From the human T2T-CHM13v2.0 reference genome, Homo sapiens: DNA of 64,000 nucleotides. Under the pieces are notes generated by a model. It saw only the letters and a list, made by a program, of their open reading frames with translations, was not told the origin of the DNA and made no database searches. Positions 49,454 to 64,000 of this stretch are shown here, one piece after another; position 1 is the stretch's first letter, and each line of letters begins with the position of its first letter. The position numbers were made by a program, and so were the translations under genes. The DNA is taken from NCBI RefSeq assembly GCF_009914755.1, contig NC_060941.1; one strand, 5' to 3'.

Positions 49454-50661
<1,208 letters not shown>

Positions 50662-51012
50662 TCATGGTGTGGGGTAAGTGTGTCCCCTTTCTTTCCTGCT
50701 TCTGTCTTTATACACACAGTCCCTTTCCTTTGATACGTTTTCTCCTCTCGTCTGCCTCTGAGCCAGCCCCAAGAGTCTTCTCCGTGCTTCCTGACTCCTC
50801 TCTGCTTAGCTGTTACCCCATTTGTTCCTCTGCACCATAGTTAAACCTATTTACAGGTCTGTGTCCCCCACCAAACTGTGAGCTCCTTGAAGGCAGGCGA
50901 TGTCCATTTTGTATCCCCCCGAAAACCATCCCCCTACCCCCAGTACAGACTCTGGCACAAAATAGGCATTAAGTAAATGAATGAAGGAATGAATGGATGG
51001 AAAGGATGCCAT

Positions 51013-51872
<860 letters not shown>

Positions 51873-53238
51873 CCATCTTGTTTGCCCCTTTAGGATCTGC
51901 CAGCAAGATTTTGAGCAAAATCCTAATCTCTGGCCTCATTTTAGAGCTTGTAGCATCAGGTTTGGAGGCTAGGGGTTCCTGGTGCCCCAGCACCAGAGAG
52001 GAGGGTGAGAAGGCCACCTTGGGAGAGCTGGGCCATTTCAGGGGAGGAAATTAAAACTAAATTGCATTAATTGGTTTTCATATTGAACCCTGCTTCTTAA
52101 GTGTGCTAAATGTCTGGTTAAACAAATAGCTAAAAAGATAGAATCACTTTGCTATCATTTTTTGTGGTAAGGGAAAAGACAAAAAAACAAAGATGTTGAT
52201 TTAAGATATAGCCTAGGGCTGGGGGGCTGGGGGAAACCTGGTGAAGGCTCCTGTTGTTTGGGGTCGGAGGTCGCAGGAGCAGCGGCTGCCTGGGGATCAG
52301 GCTCAAGGTTCTGGAATGATGGAAAAACCTGGCCTGACGCTTTTCCTCAGCGGACCCTTCACTGGCTAACAGGAGCCAGCTGAGCGAACACAGAGGCGCT
52401 GTAACCGGCGCAGATCCCAGCTTCCTCTGAAATTTCCAGGCCTCTTTTTTCCTGTCGGATTCCAGACAGATGAAATTTTCCTGGCCCCGGCCCATTCCTG
52501 GCAGCATCTCCCCTCTGAATCATCATAAATCAGGGCTTGGCGGGGAGCGGTGGGATTTTCCTGATTTTCCTGATCGACACGCTGCTGCCCTGGTAAAATG
52601 GGGCTCCGTTTCCAAGGCTAAAAATAGCTCTGGGGTGCTTGCCTGAGTTCTCCCCATCGCAAGTTGCTGCTTCGTATTGTAAATATTCATATCTGTCTAT
52701 GATTATTATTTCATCGAGAAGGGCTGTGGACGTGCAGATGCGGGCCGCTGGGGGCCTCGGTGGTCTGAAGTGACACCATTGTTCACAGGATCATATGCGG
52801 GGGCCTGTGCATTCCTCAAAGCCTCCATCATCCAAGGAGCCCCCAATTAATTTCAATACAAACACCGGATATGGCCTCCCCCGCGCCTTTGCAGCCATAA
52901 CACATGAGGTCATGCTGCTTTGGTTAACCCGAGGAGTTGCAGAGTGAGATGGGGAGGCTTCTAGGCCCCAGGGGAGGCCTGGGGTATCTGCCCTGCCTGG
53001 TTTAGGCGAGGCTGTTTACTGCAATGGGGTCTACGGCACACCCACACTCTCTCGCCTTCCTTCACTCAGAAACTGAAATCTCTGATTCCCGATGTCTCTT
53101 CCCAGCCACTCTCCCCATCTCTAGCCACTTGGCTGCCAACCCACCACCCACCCCTGTGGTTCTTTGCAAACTCCTTACCCTCCGTGCTCTTGCATACACA
53201 GCTTCATTCACCTGGGGCATCTTTTTACCTCTTCATCA

Positions 53239-54268
<1,030 letters not shown>

Positions 54269-54277
54269 CTACAGCTT

Positions 54278-54445
54278 ATTGATTCTCAAACATTAGCCCT
54301 CATCAGAATCGCATGGAGGGTTTGCTAAAACACCGATTGCTGGGCCCCTCCCAGTTTCAGAATCAATAGGTCTGAAGTAGGGCTTGCACATTTGCATTTC
54401 TAACAAGATCTCAGGAGACACTGATGCTGCTACAGCCCCCTGTGA
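54278..54445. mobile_element. MER5A-like DNA transposon remnant
   Basis: ttctcaaac...catcagaatc...ggagggtttgctaaaacac.gattgctgggccc...atttgcatttctaacaag. Confidence 0.8.
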
Positions 54446-54496
54446 TCACTTCCTCCATTGGTGGAACTTACCCTGCTGTGCTGCAATTACCCGCCT

Positions 54497-54809
54497 TTTT
54501 CTTTTCTTTTCTTTTTTTTTTTTTTGTTTGAGACAGGGTCTCACTCTGTCACCCAGGCTGGAGTGCAGTGGCGCCATCTTGGCTCACTGCAACCTCTGCC
54601 CCTGGGTTTAAACAATTCTCCTGCCTCAGCCTCCCGAGTAGTTGGGATTACAGGTGCCTGTCACCACACCCGGTTAATTTTTGTATTTTTAGTAGAGACG
54701 GGGTTTCACCATGTTGGCCAGGCTGGTCTCAAACTCCTGACCTCAAGTGATCCACCCGCCTCGACCTCCCAAACTGCTGGGATTACAGGCGTGAGCCACC
54801 TGTCCGGCC
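54497..54809 (-). mobile_element. AluS
   Basis: Reverse dimer. Confidence 0.9.
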
Positions 54810-55026
54810 ACCTGCTTATTTTTTGTTCCCTCCCACTGGGAGGGCTGGGACTGTCTTTTCCATTTCTCTATCCTACTGCTTGGCAAACAGTGAAGCTGAT
54901 CACTGGAGGTTTGTTGACTGAATGAATTGTGGATTTGGAACCAACCTGCTAGTTGTAGAGCTCAGTTGAGGGGAGGAGGTCTGCTGGTGGGAGGGCTGGT
55001 TCTCAGGGCTTTTGGGGTCATGAGTA

Positions 55027-56276
<1,250 letters not shown>

Positions 56277-56665
56277 AGTGGGGATCACCCCAACCCCCCC
56301 AGGTGAATGAGCACAATTCCCTCTCCCCACGCAAGTCTCCCATAAAGTCCAAAACAAGAGGGTCACTGATTCACAAGTACACAAATACACAAGTCATGAA
56401 ATTCCATCCTTGTAAAGGATGCCAATCAGAGATGCCAGAAGGAGAAATGGGGAATCAGGATTTTAACTTGATTTTCTTCCTCTGAAACCTGGAAATGCCA
56501 AGTGATGAAAGGATACCAGAACCCCGGCCTTTCCTTTGAATTAGGTCTGGACCCCAGCCCCCTTTCCTGCCATCTTATGCTCTGGCCACACAGTAGGGCA
56601 AGATCTCAATCCCTGCCCAAACTACAAACTCCTTGAGGACACATCCTAAGTCTTAATAATCTTGA

Positions 56666-56999
<334 letters not shown>

Positions 57000-57691
57000 A
57001 TCTATTTTCTATAGTTCCTTCAATGTATCGTTTCATTCACACCTCCAAGCCTTTGCTCATGCTGTTTCCCCTGCTCAGCATTCCTGTGTTCCTTCTTTGC
57101 AGGTGGACATCCAACTCACTGATTTAAGACCGAGTCCAAATGTGGCTACTTCTGGGCAGGTCTTAGAGGCTCATTTGCTTCTCTGGGCTCTCACATGGTG
57201 GCAGCTTTACTGCCATGGGTCTGGTTCCTGTACTAGATGGGTTGTCTCGTTCATTCTTTATGCCTGTTCTCCAGCCTCTAGCACTGTGCCTGGTTGACGG
57301 TGGGTGTTCAGTTGGGGCATTTGGAAGTGGATCACACCTGCTCATCTTCCTTAGCAGCTCTTGTTTGAGGTAGATCAGGTTGGGGCATTGCTCCCACTCT
57401 TAGACTGCCAGAGCTGCTTGGCTGAATAAGGAGTCTCCTTCCCCACTCCTCATTCCTGTCTGCTAGCCACATGCTCAGCTGGAAGGGATAACTGGTTGGG
57501 GTGAAAGAGGAAAGAGCCAGGCAGTTGGTGTTGCTCAGGGAGTGAGGCCTCTAGACCCCAGCCAGAGAGGGTTCAAAGCCCGGTTCTACTTCTGACCACC
57601 TGTGTCAATTTGAGCAAGTCATTTGTTGTTATTGACCCTGAGTTTCTTCTTCTGTAAAATGGGGATAATTATGTGGTTTCCAAGGCTGTAG

Positions 57692-58116
<425 letters not shown>

Positions 58117-59895
58117 GGCTGCAATGGTCAGCTTTACACATGCCCCTTCCTTAATTTTCTTTCAGTGACAGAGAACAGCAGTCTGAGAGGGGAGTCCATC
58201 AGGGCTAGAAGCAAGCTGCTCCACCCAGGCCAATTTCAACTGGAAAATGAGACCTTAGATAGGAGGGAGGAAAAATTATTAAAGGATTAAATCCAGAATA
58301 ATCCTATAAGCCCCAGGAGGCTCAGAAAGCAATAAGCCACAGACTTAAAATCTGGTCTATGAAGTCACGGGGGTGGAATCAGCATCCGAAGGCAGGGAGC
58401 GGGTTTCAAGTGTACACTGTGGTCAGATCTTTGCTAAAATATGGCCTCATTTTGGCCACTTGGACAGCGTTTTGTTGGTTTTTTTTCCCCCTCATCTTGT
58501 CATGGTTTTTAATAACAATGAGCGAGCTGCAGGAGTGGGGGAACTCTTGCTAAAATTCCATAAAAATAAAAATTTAATTAAAATACACAAGTCGTGAAAT
58601 TCCATCCTTGTAAAGTGAGACATCTCAGAACTCTGCCCTGAGCCGATCTCGGTCCCTGGGGTCCCAGGTTCACGCTGGCTCCTCCTTGGGCCCTGTTAGA
58701 GAAGACACAGCCTCATCCAGGATCCTTGTTGCCAGCAAAGGGAGGAGGCGTCTTCCGATTCCTCCTCCAAACTCTCTCCTGGGTGAAAGAGATCCCCAGT
58801 GTCCTGCCCTTAAAGGCCAGGAGGGTCACAAGGCTGGGATGAGGGGTATTTCATGGGACTGGAGGCAGGCCCCTGCATGTGAGCTGTGGGAGGGACTGAG
58901 CACCTAGCCTTTTGGGGAGAAAGTGTGGTTTTCACCTTTTCCTAGGCAGAAGGAGGGGCATAGACCTGGCCACTGAAGCCCAGGAGTCTTGCATTCCAGT
59001 CTCAATGACATCACAATTAGCCGGGCAACATGAGCAACTCACTTCTTTGTGGGCCTCAGTTTCTCCATCTGTAAGATGGGTTGATTAGGCTAGACCAGGG
59101 ATTTTCCAAGGTGTACAATGAGGAGTTTTAAGGATTTCACAAAACCCTCCTTAGCACCTCTCAGGAGTCTTGGAGGGTCAAGGCTCTCCTCCTCCTGCCC
59201 CCTTCCCTGCCTCCTTTTGTCTGTTTCACAGATTGGGCTTTCCTGTAAGATTTTGTTTGAACAAAGGGTGCTGAGGCTGAAAATGCTTGAACACCTCCGA
59301 GGATCCTTCTGGCTGGAAGGGTCTGTGATCTGCCCTTTAGTGTCTGGCTCTGCTTCTATCTGGCAGCTGCTTCCTGCGTTAGTGCATGAGGGCCTCGCCC
59401 CTCCCACTGCCATCTTTTTTTTGCTCTACTATTCTGAGCCATGGAACTCCAAGAATCTGATGAAAGCTACCAATCCTCTCCCTGGAAAAATATACACAGG
59501 AAAATATATATGCATACAGTGAAAATATAACTATTGGAGCATCCAGATCCCTTTTGATCAAGAACCTGTCTTTGTTTGGGAAAATTACTTGACGGGACTA
59601 TGGGCCCCAGGGCAGGGTATGAAAGGCAGGAGCAGAACCAAGGGAGGACCCTGCTGCTCTGCGTAAGAAAAGGGTTAACTTCACGGATTATCTCACCACC
59701 CTGCAGGCACTGCCCTTGCTCTGCTCTGATTGACCTAGACAGAAATCAGCCCTTCTCCATGACATCAATACCAGAAGCTGTGTTGTAGACTTGGCTAAAG
59801 GTTTGAGGGCCAGCAAAGCAGAGTAGATTGAACCTCCTTTGTATTTAGTCTTCTGGTAGTGAGTGATTGAATCTCAACTCGAATTTCTTGCAAGA

Positions 59896-60529
<634 letters not shown>

Positions 60530-60912
60530 TTACTGGGAAGTTGCCAGTGGAGCCAAGATTGTGAGTTGCACAACTCAAAGGGGGCACCATTCACATTCTG
60601 GCAGCTCTCACATCTGGCTCAACTGGATCTAGGGACTCAAAGGACACTTCTCTTCTTGTCCCCCTGTCTCTCTTGGCTCAGCTTCTTTTGACCTTGGCTT
60701 CAGTCTCTTTCCCCGTAAAGAGGCCTCTTCCCTACAGTTGAGAAGATGGCCCCAATAACTCTAGACCTACTGCACACCAGCCTAGTAACACCTGTGGCTG
60801 GGTGGGCTGGGATATCATAGATGGCAGAACTTCCAGAAACATGGAATTGGGGAAAGGCAGTTCTCTGTTTTTACCAGATAGTGAAAGGGACACTAGGCAG
60901 GAAAAACAAACA

Positions 60913-60948
60913 AACACACACACTCACACACACACACACACACACACA
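60913..60948. repeat. Interrupted (AC)n microsatellite
   Basis: Direct read. Confidence 0.9.
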
Positions 60949-61240
60949 AATGTAACATGAACATCTACTCTGTCTTACTGATCCTTGAACATCTAGCCAA
61001 ATCTGCAACACACTTGTATATGAGTGATTTTTTTTTTTTTCGCAAGGGAGTCATGGAGAAGAGAACAGAACACGAGTAGTACCTGCAAGATGACAAGATG
61101 ATTCACAGACTGAATTACCTTGGAAGATTGTAGAGCCAGTGATAACCAGGAAGTCATTAGCCAGTTCCCAGAATCCCTGGGGGGCCTGAGAGTGGGGTGC
61201 ATGTGGGATGGAGTAGATGCTGATTTTATTTGAACTCAAA

Positions 61241-61548
61241 GGATCAGGTGTGGTGGCTCATGCTTGTAATCCCAGCACTTTGGGAGATCGAGGGGAAAGG
61301 ATCAATCACTTGAGGCCAGGAGTTTGAGAACAGCCTGGGCAACATAAGGAGACCCCATTTCTATGAAAATTAAAAAAAAAAAAATTAGCCAGGTGTGGTG
61401 GCACATGCCTCTAGTCCCAGATATTCAAGAGGCTGAGGCGAGATGATTGCTTGAGCCCAGGAGTTCAAAGCTGCAGTGAGCTATGGTTGCACCACTGCAA
61501 TCCAGCTTGGGTGACAGAATGAGACCCTTACTTAAAAAAAAAAAAAAA
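61241..61548 (+). mobile_element. AluJ
   Basis: J diagnostics. Confidence 0.87.
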
Positions 61549-62696
61549 GTTGGATATCTTGGCTGATGTCTGGATTATACACACAAAATACTGCATACAA
61601 TTCTGGGACTTCAGGATCTCCCAAAACTCATGCAGTGGAGAGCCCCCATTTTGGATCCTATCTCTTTTTTTGGTTCTCACTTTTTTTTAACCACTCTCAT
61701 CGGTGTACTTCCTCTCACGCCACAGATTCCAGGGCTGAGGCCCCCACCCCTAACACTCAGGCCCCTCTAGCTCTACTCTGAGATGTGATACATACACTCC
61801 CTGGGAATTTTCTGGACTGTCCTCAAAGGACCACTGGGCAATCCTGGCATTCTACATTTGTACCAGTTCTCCTCTCCCTCAGGATGATGCAGCAGTCCCA
61901 AGAGAATCAAAAGTCTCCTGCTACCCCCACCCCTCCCGTCCCCACTGCTGAGAACCTGTCCTTCCCGATGATGTCATACCTGGCACATGGGCCTTAGCTA
62001 GAACTAGCAGCTGCGGGTCACCCACTGCAGGCCGCTCCTGGCAGGGGAGCAGTAACAACTTGGTCCTGAGCCTGAGCTGCTGCAGGATTTACTACTACCT
62101 GCTTTTCTTGGATCTCACAACTACAGAAAGCGTTGGAGAAAGGATTTTGAATTTGTCCCAAGAAAATAATTCAAAAGAAGAAAAGCACTACAGGCAAGAA
62201 GGTGTCCACTGGTATGGTAGTGACACTAATCACCAACAACCTAGAAGTCCAGTAATGAGAAAAACCAACATTTGCCCTGCATTTCACATTACTCCGCCTG
62301 CCTCCTCACGATTACCCTGTGAGCTGGGTAGGCACTTGGTCCAAGTTTACACAATGAGTGAGTAGCCGAGCTAGACTTTAAGCCTGAGCTCTCTCAACTA
62401 CGCCACTATGATGGTATTCTCTCCCTCTGATTTAACCACTTGTTTTATGCAAGTTAAGTTAGTTACAAATGCCTTCTACTGATTGCTGGCTTACTCTGTG
62501 CAGGGCATTGTACCAGATGTGCCACAGACGGGCTCTCATCAAGTCTTTCTCCAAACCCTGTGAGATGGATATTATTTTAAAGATGAAGAAACTGAGGCTC
62601 AGAGTGGATAAATTATTTGCCCAGATCACAAATGTGTTTTAGGTTTTGTCTGATTATTATAACTATCACAATGATGAATTACATTTTGATTCCAGC

Positions 62697-63744
<1,048 letters not shown>

Positions 63745-64000
63745 TGGCTTTTTTCTTTTTAAAAATTATTTCCTTGGAATAAATGAAAATTATTTCTCCT
63801 CTCTGAGCCTCAGTCTATCTGCAAATAGTGACTACTCTGTAGGGTTATAGGAGAATGAGGTGAGGTGTCCTATGTAAAAGGACCAGGCAAAGATTGGCAT
63901 TTAATGAGTCTCCATCAGTGTGGGGTTCCTGCCTTCCTTTTGGGACCCTTGAGAGCAGCTTCTGTATTTGCTCATCATTTTAGTCAACAAGATGGTTCAG

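Overview
Human (primate) genomic DNA, not prokaryotic. The first ~7 kb hold the 5' end of ETV4 (PEA3/E1AF) on the minus strand: a CpG-island promoter, two candidate non-coding first exons, three coding exons giving MERRMKAGYLDQQVPYTFSS / KSPGNGSLREALIGPLGKLMDPGSLPPLDSE / DLFQDLSHFQETWLAE, and part of the large intron that follows. The remaining ~57 kb are upstream non-coding DNA (from memory of the locus, 17q21 towards MEOX1, which is not in the window). This region is very Alu-dense, with solo LTRs (MER41B-, THE1-, MER31-, MER39-like), hAT DNA-transposon remnants, L1/L2/MIR fragments and microsatellites. Between the repeats sit islands rich in homeodomain, ETS, AP-1 and CTCF motifs that look like enhancers. 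Almost every ORF in the supplied track is an Alu, microsatellite or GC-rich artefact. I see no convincing new protein-coding system. The best leads are: an 82-codon out-of-frame uORF overlapping the ETV4 start and specific to one first exon; a 67-bp Z-DNA tract between the two first exons; an RFC1/CANVAS-like AAAAG-AAGGG-AGGGG Alu-tail repeat; a MER41B LTR retaining a GAS site; apparent gene conversion among three neighbouring Alus; a candidate Alu-L1 chimeric insertion; and an unexplained 35-bp dispersed duplication. Repeat subfamily names are from recognition by eye, and repeat boundaries are approximate.
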